This document shows positions 18,817 to 28,561 of a DNA stretch of 64,000 nt, in pieces. Numbering within the stretch: position 1 is the first letter of the stretch; each line of letters begins with the position of its first letter. The stretch is taken from sequence record NC_047713.1; one strand, 5' to 3'. The position numbers were made by a program, and so were the translations under genes. The notes beneath the pieces were generated by a model. The model was given only the letters and a program-made list of their open reading frames with translations. It made no database searches and had not been told where the DNA came from.

Positions 18817-19797
18817 ATGGATTTTGTTGATTCCAAGTTCATAAGTCTAGTATCCTCTCGCTTAGAGAAGTTCAAACAGAAGAAGTCTGACCTGTATAAC
18901 TGCAGGTGTCCCATTTGTGGAGACTCTTCTAGGAACCGAACTAAAGCGAGGGGATATATTTATGCAGTGAAACAAAATACAAACTACAAATGTCACAACT
19001 GTGGTGTGAGTATGTCATTCTCTAACTTCCTGAAGGAGATAGATCCAGTATTACATAAGCAATATGTCTTTGAGAAGTTCAAGGGAAAGAACTCTACGCC
19101 CATCAAGAACGTTAAGTCAGTTCTGGATAAGTTTTCCTACGAACCCAAGTTCAAGAAGAAGACAAAGATTGATTTGCCCTCCGCCTTTGATGTAAAACTA
19201 TCTAAGGAGTATCTGGATAACAGAAAGATTACCTCCGGGGAGTTTTATTACACAGATAACTTCAAAGAGTTTGTGAATGTAATCAAACCAAGAACGTTTG
19301 ATGACGAACGTGGGGGACCTAGAATTGTAATTCCCCTGTATGACAGGGATGGTGTATTGTTTGGGTTACAGGGAAGATCTCTTCTCCCCAGTAAGGTTAA
19401 ATACATCACAATCATCCTTGATGAAGACCAACCAAAAGTGTATGGTTTGGAGAAGATAGACCCCACACAGAGGGTTTATCTAGTGGAGGGTCCTTTCGAT
19501 TCCACATTCATAAATAACTCACTCGCTATGTGTGGTGCTGATGTAGTATTAGATACACTGGGACTACAAGAACTAGTATATGTGTACGATAACGAACCTC
19601 GTAATAGAGAGATCTGCAATAGGATTAATAAAGTTATCGATCAGGGTAAGAAAGTTGTTATTTTCCCCACAAATATAGAACAAAAGGACATCAATGATAT
19701 GATTCTAGCAGGGCATGATATAATGACTGTATTGGGATCCAATGTCTACCAAGGACTAACTGCCAAAATTAAGTATAACGAATGGAAAAGATTATGA
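18817..19797 (+). CDS. gp61: gp61 DNA primase
   Basis: Zn finger CRCPICGD...CHNCG; TOPRIM VEGPFDS and YDNEPRN. Confidence 0.95.
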   Translation: MDFVDSKFISLVSSRLEKFKQKKSDLYNCRCPICGDSSRNRTKARGYIYAVKQNTNYKCHNCGVSMSFSNFLKEIDPVLHKQYVFEKFKGKNSTPIKNVKSVLDKFSYEPKFKKKTKIDLPSAFDVKLSKEYLDNRKITSGEFYYTDNFKEFVNVIKPRTFDDERGGPRIVIPLYDRDGVLFGLQGRSLLPSKVKYITIILDEDQPKVYGLEKIDPTQRVYLVEGPFDSTFINNSLAMCGADVVLDTLGLQELVYVYDNEPRNREICNRINKVIDQGKKVVIFPTNIEQKDINDMILAGHDIMTVLGSNVYQGLTAKIKYNEWKRL

Positions 19798-22094
19798 ATT
19801 CTGTGATCAGTGTTGTTAAGAGGTCTGGTGACAAGGAAGTACTTGACATTAACAAACTTCACGTAATGGTCGAAGCTGCTTGTGAAGATCTATCTGGGGT
19901 CTCTGCTTCACAGGTAGAGATGAACTCAAATATTCAGTTCTATGATGGAATTACAACTGATGCTATTCAGGAAATTCTTATCAAGAGTGCTTCTGATTTG
20001 ATTGATCTCGATCACCCAAACTATCAGTTTGTTGCTGCTAGATTGTTATTGTTTGCTGTACGCAAACAGGTTTATGATCGTATGCATGAACTACCTGATG
20101 TTAAGTCGCACGTCAGAAAGTGTGTAGACGCAGGTGTTTATGATGCCGAAATCTTTGATCTCTATAGTGACGAAGAGTTTGCTGAGTTTGATAGTATTAT
20201 CAACCACGACAGGGACTATATCTTCACTTTTGCTGGTCTCCGTCAGGTGGTGGATAAGTATTTGGTTCAGGATAGAACCAACAATAAGGTATATGAAACA
20301 CCCCAGTTCATGTATCTCCTTATCGCCGCTACTATCTTCTCTCAGTATTCTAGAGAGACACGAATGTCCTATGTGAAACGTTACTATGACGCAATCTCAA
20401 AGCACCGCATCAATATTCCAACGCCTATTATGGCAGGCGTTAGAACGCCCCTTAGGCAGTTCGCTAGCTGCGTTCTTATTGATTCCGACGACAGTCTCGA
20501 TTCTATCTTTAGTTCTGATATGGCTATTGGCAGATATGTTGCGCAAAGAGCTGGAATCGGGATCAACGCTGGTAGAATCCGTGGACTCAACAGTAAGATC
20601 CGTGGTGGAGAGGTCAGTCATACAGGGGTAATTCCTTTCCTTAAGAAGTTTGAAACTACCGTTAGGTGTTGTACCCAGAACGGTATCAGGGGAGGTTCGG
20701 CAACAGTTCACTTCCCTATCTGGCACCAAGAGATCGAAGATATCATGGTGTTGAAGAATAACAAGGGTACAGAAGACAACCGAGTGAGGAAACTTGACTA
20801 CTCCATCCAACTATCAAAGATTTTCTACGAGCGTTTCATCCAGAATGGAGAGATTAGCTTGTTCTCACCGCACGATACGCCGGGGCTCTATGATGCTTTT
20901 GGCACTGATCGATTTGATGAGCTTTATGTTCATTACGAACGAACTCACGATGTACCAAGAACGACACACAAAGCACAAGACTTAATCATGGATCTCTTGA
21001 AGGAGAGATCTGAGACTGGTCGTATCTACTTAATGAATATCGACCATTGTAACTCCCACTCTTCCTTCTTGGATAAGGTGGAGATGTCCAACCTCTGCCA
21101 GGAGATTACACTACCTACAAGACCCCTAAACCATATCGATGATACTGAAGGTGAGATCGCTCTCTGTATCCTCTCTGCGTTGAACGTAGGTAAGTTACGC
21201 AACCTGGAAGAGATGGAAGAGCTATGTGACTTGGCAATTCGTGGTTTGGATGAACTCATTGACTTCCAAAACTATCCTATCAAGGCAGCTGAAATTGCCA
21301 CTAAGAATCGTAGGTCTCTAGGTGTTGGTTACATTGGGTTGGCACACTACCTAGCGAAACATAGAGTTGGGTATAATGATCAGGAAGCATTCCAATTGGT
21401 TCATGATCTAACTGAACACTTCCAGTACTATCTAATCAAGGCAACAACTAATCTCGCCAAAGAGAAAGGAGCTTGTGGTTGGTCTGATCGTACTAAGTAT
21501 AGTCAGGGCATTCTACCCATTGATACATACAAGAGTGATGTGGATGAGATTGTTCCTAACGTTCTCACACTAGACTGGGAAGCTCTACGAGCCGATTGTC
21601 TGAAGTATGGAGTCCGTAACTCCACTCTATCCGCACAGATGCCCTCTGAGTCCTCCTCAGTCGTCTGTAACGCCACTAACGGTATCGAACCACCCAGAGG
21701 GTTCCTATCGGTGAAGAAGTCCAAGAAGGGAACCCTGAAACAGATTGTTCCTTCCTATCCATACCTCAAGCAGTTCTACACTCTCCTATGGGAAATGGGT
21801 AGTAACGAGGGATACATCAAGATTGTGGCTGTGATGCAGAAGTTCTTTGACCAGGCTATCTCTGGGAACTGGTCTTACAACCCTAAGGACTACCCAAATA
21901 ATGAGGTTCCAATGAGTGAGATGGTCAAAGATTGGCTCACTACATATAAGTACGGTTGGAAGACTTCTTACTACCAAAACACATATGATATGTCCACCGA
22001 TACTGGGGAATCTGACACTAAAGAAGAACTAGAAACATTACTGTCACAGATCGAACTCCTCGAAGACGACGACTGTGACAGTTGTAAAATCTAA
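19794..22094 (+). CDS. nrdA: Ribonucleotide reductase class Ia alpha subunit
   Basis: ATP cone, QFASCV, SNLCQE, C-terminal CDSCKI; no intein. Confidence 0.97.
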   Translation: MNSVISVVKRSGDKEVLDINKLHVMVEAACEDLSGVSASQVEMNSNIQFYDGITTDAIQEILIKSASDLIDLDHPNYQFVAARLLLFAVRKQVYDRMHELPDVKSHVRKCVDAGVYDAEIFDLYSDEEFAEFDSIINHDRDYIFTFAGLRQVVDKYLVQDRTNNKVYETPQFMYLLIAATIFSQYSRETRMSYVKRYYDAISKHRINIPTPIMAGVRTPLRQFASCVLIDSDDSLDSIFSSDMAIGRYVAQRAGIGINAGRIRGLNSKIRGGEVSHTGVIPFLKKFETTVRCCTQNGIRGGSATVHFPIWHQEIEDIMVLKNNKGTEDNRVRKLDYSIQLSKIFYERFIQNGEISLFSPHDTPGLYDAFGTDRFDELYVHYERTHDVPRTTHKAQDLIMDLLKERSETGRIYLMNIDHCNSHSSFLDKVEMSNLCQEITLPTRPLNHIDDTEGEIALCILSALNVGKLRNLEEMEELCDLAIRGLDELIDFQNYPIKAAEIATKNRRSLGVGYIGLAHYLAKHRVGYNDQEAFQLVHDLTEHFQYYLIKATTNLAKEKGACGWSDRTKYSQGILPIDTYKSDVDEIVPNVLTLDWEALRADCLKYGVRNSTLSAQMPSESSSVVCNATNGIEPPRGFLSVKKSKKGTLKQIVPSYPYLKQFYTLLWEMGSNEGYIKIVAVMQKFFDQAISGNWSYNPKDYPNNEVPMSEMVKDWLTTYKYGWKTSYYQNTYDMSTDTGESDTKEELETLLSQIELLEDDDCDSCKI

Positions 22095-22151
22095 TCCATA
22101 ACGTGATATAATAGGATCACTACTTAAACCATAAACTAACTCTCACCAACT

Positions 22152-23318
22152 ATGAAGTTTCTAACAAATACAGGAAATATTGAAGGAATGACCGTGTTTA
22201 ATCAGAATGAAGTTGATGCTAAGACCCAACCAATGTTTTTTGGTAAGCCTCTGGGGATACAACGTTATGATACCTTCAAGTATCCTATCTTTGAGAAGCT
22301 AACTCAACAACAACTAGGATACTTCTGGAAGCCAGAGGAGATCTCTCTTCAGAAAGATAGGTCTGACTATCAGAAGTTGCGTCCAGAACAGAAACACATC
22401 TTTACTTCTAACTTAAAGTATCAGATTCTTCTAGATTCTGTACAAGGTCGTGGTCCTGGTATGGCTTTTGCTCCCTATTGTTCTCTCCCAGAACTAGAAG
22501 GATGTCTTAAGGCTTGGGAGTTTATGGAGATGATTCATAGCAGATCTTATACTCATATTATCAAGAACCTATACCCAGATCCTTCTGAAGTATTTGATAC
22601 TATTCTGACAGATGAAAAGATCCTTGAGCGAGCAAAGACGGTTACAGCGGCTTATAACGAATTCATTAATGCCGCTCACGAATACGACAACGGTAACACA
22701 TGGCAACACGCAAATGAAGACGTACCTACGGCTCTTGTCAACCGTTATGACCTTAAGCGTAAGCTTTACCGTGCTATGGCTAACGTTAATATCCTAGAGG
22801 GTATTCGTTTCTATGTTTCCTTTGCATGTTCTTTCGCCTTTGGTGAGTTGAAGCAGATGGAGGCATCAGCCAAGATCATTTCACTCATTGCCCGTGACGA
22901 ATCACAACACCTAGTTATCAGTCAGAACATTCTGAAGAACTGGAGGAATGGTGATGATCCTGATATGATCAAGATTGCTGAGGAACAGAAGCCTTGGTTG
23001 ATTGAAACCTTTAAGTTGGCAGTGGATCAGGAGAAAGCCTGGGCTGAATACCTCTTCAAAGATGGTTCTATGATTGGTTTGAATGAGAAACTACTAGGAA
23101 ACTATGTTGAGTGGATTGCTAACCGCCGTATGAAGGCTGTTGGTCTAGATCCTATCTACGATATTGCAGCTAAGAACAACCCCCTCCCCTGGACAGAACA
23201 CTGGTTGAACTCCAAGAGTGTTCAGGTTGCCCCTCAAGAGACTGAGATTACCTCCTATATCGTTGGTAATGTGAACCAGGATGTGAAGTCTGATCAGTTT
23301 GCTAACTTCTCCCTATAA
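22152..23318 (+). CDS. nrdB: Ribonucleotide reductase class Ia beta subunit
   Basis: FWKPEE, EMIHSRSY, LEGIRFY, RDESQH. Confidence 0.97.
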   Translation: MKFLTNTGNIEGMTVFNQNEVDAKTQPMFFGKPLGIQRYDTFKYPIFEKLTQQQLGYFWKPEEISLQKDRSDYQKLRPEQKHIFTSNLKYQILLDSVQGRGPGMAFAPYCSLPELEGCLKAWEFMEMIHSRSYTHIIKNLYPDPSEVFDTILTDEKILERAKTVTAAYNEFINAAHEYDNGNTWQHANEDVPTALVNRYDLKRKLYRAMANVNILEGIRFYVSFACSFAFGELKQMEASAKIISLIARDESQHLVISQNILKNWRNGDDPDMIKIAEEQKPWLIETFKLAVDQEKAWAEYLFKDGSMIGLNEKLLGNYVEWIANRRMKAVGLDPIYDIAAKNNPLPWTEHWLNSKSVQVAPQETEITSYIVGNVNQDVKSDQFANFSL

Positions 23319-23323
23319 TTTGA

Positions 23324-23965
23324 ATGGAACTATATTATGAAAAGTTAGATAAGAATCTCTATGTATTAGATGATTTCTTTACTATGGATGAATTCATGCC
23401 GTTACATGATGAACTACACGGCATGTACCATACTTTTTTGAGAAAGAGGGAGAGATATACGGGTGGTGAAAACCCATATTGGTTTGCACTCAGTAAGAAT
23501 GATACTCCAAATTCATCACCAAATAACGGACTCGGGGAAAATATGGTTTTCCTCGATAGAGCCACAAAGATAAGATGGGCAATAAACAAAATACTGAGAC
23601 CTGATTTCTCCTTTTACCTGAAGAGAATCAATACTAACCTGCAATGGAAGTTTCAGGATTCATCTTTCCATTTAGATTCGTATAGTAATGAACTAGACGA
23701 GAAATACTGGGGTTGGACTTTCCTCGCCTGCACCCAAACGGATTGGGATTATGAGTGGGGAGGTGAGTTTGTGTGTCAGGTTGCAGACAGAACCTACAAA
23801 AACATCTCATATTCACCAAATAGGTGTATACTATTCAATGGGGATTGTTCCCATAGGGGAGCTGCCCCCAATATCTTTGCACGGGATGTTAGAACTACCG
23901 TAGCTTGGACATTTGTATCTGTGGACGCACATATAACCCCCGATGCAACTAGCCATATTTCCTAG
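23324..23965 (+). CDS. 2OG-Fe(II) oxygenase
   Basis: FHLD, WGGEF, PNRCILFNGDCSHRG. Confidence 0.8.
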   Translation: MELYYEKLDKNLYVLDDFFTMDEFMPLHDELHGMYHTFLRKRERYTGGENPYWFALSKNDTPNSSPNNGLGENMVFLDRATKIRWAINKILRPDFSFYLKRINTNLQWKFQDSSFHLDSYSNELDEKYWGWTFLACTQTDWDYEWGGEFVCQVADRTYKNISYSPNRCILFNGDCSHRGAAPNIFARDVRTTVAWTFVSVDAHITPDATSHIS

Positions 23966-24012
23966 ATAGTCACGTCACATGATAGAATGACGTATATCAC
24001 TAGGAGGATGTC

Positions 24013-24228
24013 ATGTCGAGTGAACCATTTCTTGAATGGATGGTGAAGCCGCCCATTTCAGATGAAGAGTTGATGTTGATTTGCCTAAAGAATGCCCCGT
24101 GTGGTACGAATAGGAAGCAAGCAATGAAATTGATCAGAGTATTGGAAGTAAAGTTGGCGGAACCTACGGGATTTGCTAATATATTTCCACAACCCAAACC
24201 AGGTGGGGAGTCTGATTATGCTGGGTAA
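24013..24228 (+). CDS. Hypothetical protein
   Basis: ORF track; GGAGG RBS. Confidence 0.7.
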   Translation: MSSEPFLEWMVKPPISDEELMLICLKNAPCGTNRKQAMKLIRVLEVKLAEPTGFANIFPQPKPGGESDYAG

Positions 24229-24346
24229 TGTTTTACTTTGGATATCAATTCCCTTTGTAGTTTCTACCATATTCTTTGGTATCTACAGAGGTGAAAATTA
24301 TTATTATGAGAGTAGTGACTATGATGGAAATGGAACATCGCATTAA
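24218..24346 (+). CDS. ndhP: NdhP-like small subunit of cyanobacterial NDH-1 (42 aa)
   Basis: Hand-translated MLGNVLLWISIPFVVSTIFFGIYRGENYYYESSDYDGNGTSH: one TM helix, FFG, and C-terminal YxxxxYxGNGxxH as in NdhP. Confidence 0.65.
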   Translation: MLGNVLLWISIPFVVSTIFFGIYRGENYYYESSDYDGNGTSH

Positions 24347-24539
24347 GATGCGTTACGAATTCGCTATGAGTTCGTTCGCTAGAATGTACGGAGTGAGAGC
24401 TGTTTCTGGATCAGGGCACCATGTCAAATTCTGCAAAAGGTGGGCAGATACTAGTGTTGAGGAAGCTCCTAATGGAACTCTAACTGAAGTTGATTTCTAC
24501 TTCAGGGATTTGTGGGACATTTGGGGGGAGTATATATAA
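24321..24539 (+). CDS. Conserved cyanophage hypothetical protein
   Basis: Track ORF trimmed to ATG 24321. Confidence 0.65.
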   Translation: MMEMEHRIKMRYEFAMSSFARMYGVRAVSGSGHHVKFCKRWADTSVEEAPNGTLTEVDFYFRDLWDIWGEYI

Positions 24540-24622
24540 TGAGAACATATATTCCAGCGTTTTTCATACTAACCTTTGTGATAGTATTTGTTACTTGGGG
24601 ATTGAATAACGCCTACCCATAA
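24539..24622 (+). CDS. 27-aa single-TM peptide
   Basis: MRTYIPAFFILTFVIVFVTWGLNNAYP; TAATG overlap with the upstream stop. Confidence 0.5.
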   Translation: MRTYIPAFFILTFVIVFVTWGLNNAYP

Positions 24623-24630
24623 AATTACAT

Positions 24631-24774
24631 ATGATTGCTTCGTATAAGAAACTCGAAACGGAAAACTTCATGTTGCGTTTGGAAGTCGAGAGACTACGAA
24701 TGGCACTAAAAGAGACCCAAAACGAGTGGTCACACCCAGAGTCTTGTGTTAGAAAACAAAGTCTCTGGAAATAG
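24631..24774 (+). CDS. Small hypothetical protein (47 aa)
   Basis: Hand-translated ORF ending just before a terminator. Confidence 0.45.
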   Translation: MIASYKKLETENFMLRLEVERLRMALKETQNEWSHPESCVRKQSLWK

Positions 24775-24777
24775 GTT

Positions 24778-24806
24778 AGGGGGGTGGTTGCCACCTCCCT
24801 TTTTTT
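24778..24806 (+). terminator. Rho-independent terminator
   Basis: AGGGGGGTGG-ttg-CCACCTCCCT plus T-run. Confidence 0.75.
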
Positions 24807-24883
24807 GTGCTATAATACCTTTGTGAAGGGAAACAGGGGCTGCTTAGCATCTAAATACTTAATGAGAGGAGTTATCATTTAAT

Positions 24884-25018
24884 ATGGCATACAGAGTTTG
24901 GCATTCACCAATAAAGAGTATTATCCTACAAACCTATGAGGAGGTAGTTGTATACTATGCAATGCAAAGAGCAGCACATAACACTACTCCAGAAGGTTGG
25001 GAAGAAGTTGCTGCATAG
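24884..25018 (+). CDS. Small hypothetical protein (44 aa)
   Basis: AGGAG upstream; CTAAATA near 24851. Confidence 0.45.
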   Translation: MAYRVWHSPIKSIILQTYEEVVVYYAMQRAAHNTTPEGWEEVAA

Positions 25019-25041
25019 ATATGGTAGAATGATTATGTTAT

Positions 25042-25482
25042 GTGAAAGAAGTAAATTATGAGAACCCATGGATATATCTGGAGAGACCTTTCACTGATGA
25101 TGATATTCTGGACTACTTTGGTTTTGTTTATCGTATTACCAATAAGACAACAGGGAGGAAGTACCTGGGAAGAAAGGTATTTTGGTTCCACAGAAAGCCT
25201 CCTGGTAAGAAACGAAGGGTAAAGAAACCATCAGACTGGAAGAAGTACTATGGATCCAGTGATGAACTTAAAGCAGATATTCAACTCTTAGGGAAAGATA
25301 TCTTCACCAGGGAGATTATATCATTGCATAAGACCCTAGGAAAGACAAACTTTGCAGAGACAGAAGCACTCTTCCAATACAAAGTATTGACAGAGAAACT
25401 TGACGATGGGTCTCCAATGTATTATAATGCGAATATACTTTCGAGATACTACAGGAAAGACTACTTTGATTATGAGGACTAA
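25042..25482 (+). CDS. GIY-YIG endonuclease (Seg-like, catalytic domain only)
   Basis: GFVYRITN...RKYLGRK, YYGSS, YYNANI. Confidence 0.85.
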   Translation: MKEVNYENPWIYLERPFTDDDILDYFGFVYRITNKTTGRKYLGRKVFWFHRKPPGKKRRVKKPSDWKKYYGSSDELKADIQLLGKDIFTREIISLHKTLGKTNFAETEALFQYKVLTEKLDDGSPMYYNANILSRYYRKDYFDYED

Positions 25483-26570
25483 TGAGTTATTTTACTGATC
25501 GTTTTGGTGATACCTATAAGGTTATCCGTAACTATATCTCTAGTGAAGAAGCAAATACTTTAGGAGAGAACTATAAAGAGTTTGTATCTACTGATGGGGT
25601 GCCTACAGAGGCAACCATGATTACTTCGAATGCATATGATTTCTACAACCGACCTGAACAGGTAGCACTTCTATCAGAGAAAGTATCACATATCAATGAA
25701 CTATTAGGTAAGAAAGTTCTTCCTGCCTATTCCTTTGTTAGACAATACGGAGTTGGATCCTTTCTAGGCAAACATACGGACAGAAAGTCCTGTGAGGTAT
25801 CTCTGAGTATCCACCTATGTGGTGATAAGGAATGGGGGTTCTGTATAGAGGATAAGGAAGGAAACCCCGTAGAACTCATCCTACACCCTGGAGATGCAGT
25901 CCTATATGATGCACCTAATGCAACTCACTGGAGAGAAGAATATGATGGTGAGTTCTATATTCAAACCTTTCATCACTATGTAACTTTAGGTGGTGAGTAT
26001 GAGAATCTATTCTTTGATAATAATGATAAAGAATTCTCACTAACCAATTATATTAAACAATATAAGGAATCAGTACCTCCTGATATCTGTGATATGATTG
26101 TTAAATACGCAGAACAATTCCCCAATAGGTGGGAAAATGCTACTACTATACAATCTATAAAAGATAATACTATTGATACTAGGATATGTGAGAGTTGGAA
26201 TGTTTTACCAACTGATAGTATTGATGATGTTGTTTATAAGTATATAACTGAAGCATCTTCTAAGTTCTGTAATACCTTCCCACACTTTAATCTTACTCAG
26301 GACACTGGATATCAGATTTTAAGATACAAACCAGGTGGTAAGTATGACTACCATACAGATCAACATGCCACTTATAACAGGGAAGTCACTATTATTCTAA
26401 ACCTTAATGATGAATATGAAGGTGGTAACCTATGTCACATTAAAGACAACCATATGATAAAGATGGGTAAGGGTGATATCATTATTTTCCCTGCTAACTT
26501 TATGTACCCACATCGTATTACTCCCATAACATCTGGTGTTAGGTATTCTATTGTGACTTGGGCAGTCTAA
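25482..26570 (+). CDS. Tandem two-domain 2OG-Fe(II) oxygenase
   Basis: Domain 1: KHTDRKSCEVS..GDAVLY..HWR. Domain 2: DYHTD..LNDEYEGG..YPHRITP..RYSIVTW. Confidence 0.85.
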   Translation: MSYFTDRFGDTYKVIRNYISSEEANTLGENYKEFVSTDGVPTEATMITSNAYDFYNRPEQVALLSEKVSHINELLGKKVLPAYSFVRQYGVGSFLGKHTDRKSCEVSLSIHLCGDKEWGFCIEDKEGNPVELILHPGDAVLYDAPNATHWREEYDGEFYIQTFHHYVTLGGEYENLFFDNNDKEFSLTNYIKQYKESVPPDICDMIVKYAEQFPNRWENATTIQSIKDNTIDTRICESWNVLPTDSIDDVVYKYITEASSKFCNTFPHFNLTQDTGYQILRYKPGGKYDYHTDQHATYNREVTIILNLNDEYEGGNLCHIKDNHMIKMGKGDIIIFPANFMYPHRITPITSGVRYSIVTWAV

Positions 26571-26592
26571 ATACTCTGTTATTTCGGTTACA

Positions 26593-27813
26593 GTGATGAG
26601 AATTGATTTCAGTAACTTTTTCCAATACTATGATGGTGATCTAAAGAACCATGTAGAATCAATTGCTCTACTAGAGCGTGAGATTGAAAAGGTTGCTCCC
26701 CATCTCCTCCAGGACGAAGCAGAATGGGTTAAGGTATATCGTAATACTGCTGAGGTTGAGAAACCAGATAAGGTTATTGCCCTACCCGTACCCTACTTCC
26801 CCCAGACAGATAACTACACACAACCAGAGAGGACTTGTAACTCCTCCTCCTGTGCTATGTGTCTAGAATACTTTAGACCTGGAACTCTAGTTGGTTCTAA
26901 AGGTGATGACGCGTATATCAGAAAGGTATTTGCTGTAGGTGATACTACAGATCACTCAGTTCAAACTAAAGTTCTAGCAGACTATGGTGTAGATTCTGAG
27001 TTCAACTATTCACTCAGTTTTGATAACCTAGATCACGAACTTGAGAACAAGAGACCTGTTGTGATTGGTATCCTCCACAGAGGAACCCTAGCACACCCCA
27101 CAGGGGGTCATATGGTGGTTGTGATAGGTAAGACGGCAGAAGGTGATTACATCTGTCACGACCCCTACGGAGACCTTAACGACGGATATACAACCAATGT
27201 ATATAACGGTCAGTCTGTTGTGTATAAGAGAAACGTTCTAGAGGCTAGATGGACTCCTGACGGTCCTACGAGTGGTTGGGGGCGTACTTTCCAGGCGAAA
27301 GTAACCGCAAAAAAGTCTGAGGAGGGTAAGTTGCCCTCCGCTGGTGTTGAACTCATTAAAGAGTTTGAAGGACTTCATGTTCTAAAATCCGATGGAATGA
27401 TCCATGCTTATCCTGACCCTCTATCTGGTGGTGAACCCTGGACTATTGGTTGGGGTTCTACTAGGGATCTTGATGGATCAGCATTCCATCCTGGGGATAA
27501 AATCACCAGAGAGAAAGCAGACATCCTCCTAGAGGAACAACTTAGAAGAGATTATCTTTCTAAGTTAGAGCAAACCATTCCCTATTGGGATGAGATGAAT
27601 GACAACCAGCATGGTGCTTTACTCAGTTTTGGGTATAACCTAGGAGCCAGTTTCTACGGAAGTCCTGATTTTAACACAATAACCCGTGTTTTGCGAGACA
27701 AAGAGTGGAATAAAGTCCCCGACGCGTTATACTTGTATCGTAACCCCGGAACTCCTGTAGAGGAGGGTCTTTCTAGACGACGGATTGCAGAAGGAGAACT
27801 TTGGGAGAACTAA
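26593..27813 (+). CDS. Peptidase C39-like plus GH24 lysozyme fusion (endolysin)
   Basis: YFPQTD..RTCNSSSCAM..GGHMVVV..HDPYG; then IKEFEG..YPDP..PWTIGWGST..GLSRRRIAE. Confidence 0.85.
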   Translation: MMRIDFSNFFQYYDGDLKNHVESIALLEREIEKVAPHLLQDEAEWVKVYRNTAEVEKPDKVIALPVPYFPQTDNYTQPERTCNSSSCAMCLEYFRPGTLVGSKGDDAYIRKVFAVGDTTDHSVQTKVLADYGVDSEFNYSLSFDNLDHELENKRPVVIGILHRGTLAHPTGGHMVVVIGKTAEGDYICHDPYGDLNDGYTTNVYNGQSVVYKRNVLEARWTPDGPTSGWGRTFQAKVTAKKSEEGKLPSAGVELIKEFEGLHVLKSDGMIHAYPDPLSGGEPWTIGWGSTRDLDGSAFHPGDKITREKADILLEEQLRRDYLSKLEQTIPYWDEMNDNQHGALLSFGYNLGASFYGSPDFNTITRVLRDKEWNKVPDALYLYRNPGTPVEEGLSRRRIAEGELWEN

Positions 27814-28233
27814 ATGATTGCACTTGATATATTCTGTGACTGGTTCACTGGGAGATGGAACAACCGTGCTCAGGCACATTCCAACCCCAGAGGTCAGGCA
27901 TATGTGATGGCTAGACACGATAGGATATCAGACACAGAGTTTCGATGTGTTTATCACTACCATAGGGATAAGACCCCTTATAGGGACTTTACCCTGAATA
28001 TCAACGGACATGATAGTGATATTATTCTGTCTGATAAGGAAACTAGGTTAGTTTATTCTTTATATAACGGCGCGTATACCTGTCACTTTGATAAGATAAT
28101 CAAAGGAAAGAGATATGTATTTGATTCTGTATTAGCGAATACTTTCTATAAACTTAATGATCAGTGTTTTGATGGAACCCGACTAGTTCGGGGTCTAGAA
28201 ACCGGTGAGTTCTATGACTTTAGAAAGGAATAA
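27814..28233 (+). CDS. cpeT: CpeT/CpcT-like phycobilin lyase
   Basis: WFTGRWNNRAQA..NP..AYV..PYR pattern; C-terminal D..FDG..RG..G.FYDFRK. Confidence 0.7.
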   Translation: MIALDIFCDWFTGRWNNRAQAHSNPRGQAYVMARHDRISDTEFRCVYHYHRDKTPYRDFTLNINGHDSDIILSDKETRLVYSLYNGAYTCHFDKIIKGKRYVFDSVLANTFYKLNDQCFDGTRLVRGLETGEFYDFRKE

Positions 28234-28235
28234 TA

Positions 28236-28400
28236 TTATCTAATCCCCACCCACCATTCGCGAGCACAGTTTGCGATTTGTTCTGCGGTGGGGTTTTCTA
28301 CGCGGATAATCTCAGAGCACTCATCTATCATTTCCTCTAGATGTTTATTGCAGGTAGCGAGATCGTTCATTTGCTTGTGCCTTGATATTTTCGCGGTCAT
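28236..28400 (-). CDS. Small minus-strand hypothetical protein
   Basis: ORF track (GTG 28421 or ATG 28400); CTAAATA late-type promoter on the minus strand at about 28431-28437. Confidence 0.55.
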   Translation of the reverse strand: MTAKISRHKQMNDLATCNKHLEEMIDECSEIIRVENPTAEQIANCAREWWVGIR

Positions 28401-28561
28401 GAGAATACTAACAATGATCACATATAGAGTTATTTAGTTCTCAGAGAACTCTCAGTTGTGGGAAATGTGTAATGTGATATAATGTAAATATCTTTATATT
28501 TTCTTCATATACATAATGAAGAAACTATTAAGTTTCACATTGTCGTTTGTAAATTAAAGTT

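Noticed and set aside
18817-23318. Inteins or introns in primase, nrdA or nrdB
   Set aside because: Lengths are typical and no splicing motifs were seen.
25042-25482. GIY-YIG gene as an active mobile homing element
   Set aside because: Only the catalytic domain is present, with no DNA-binding tail and no interrupted host gene, so it is treated as a resident phage nuclease.
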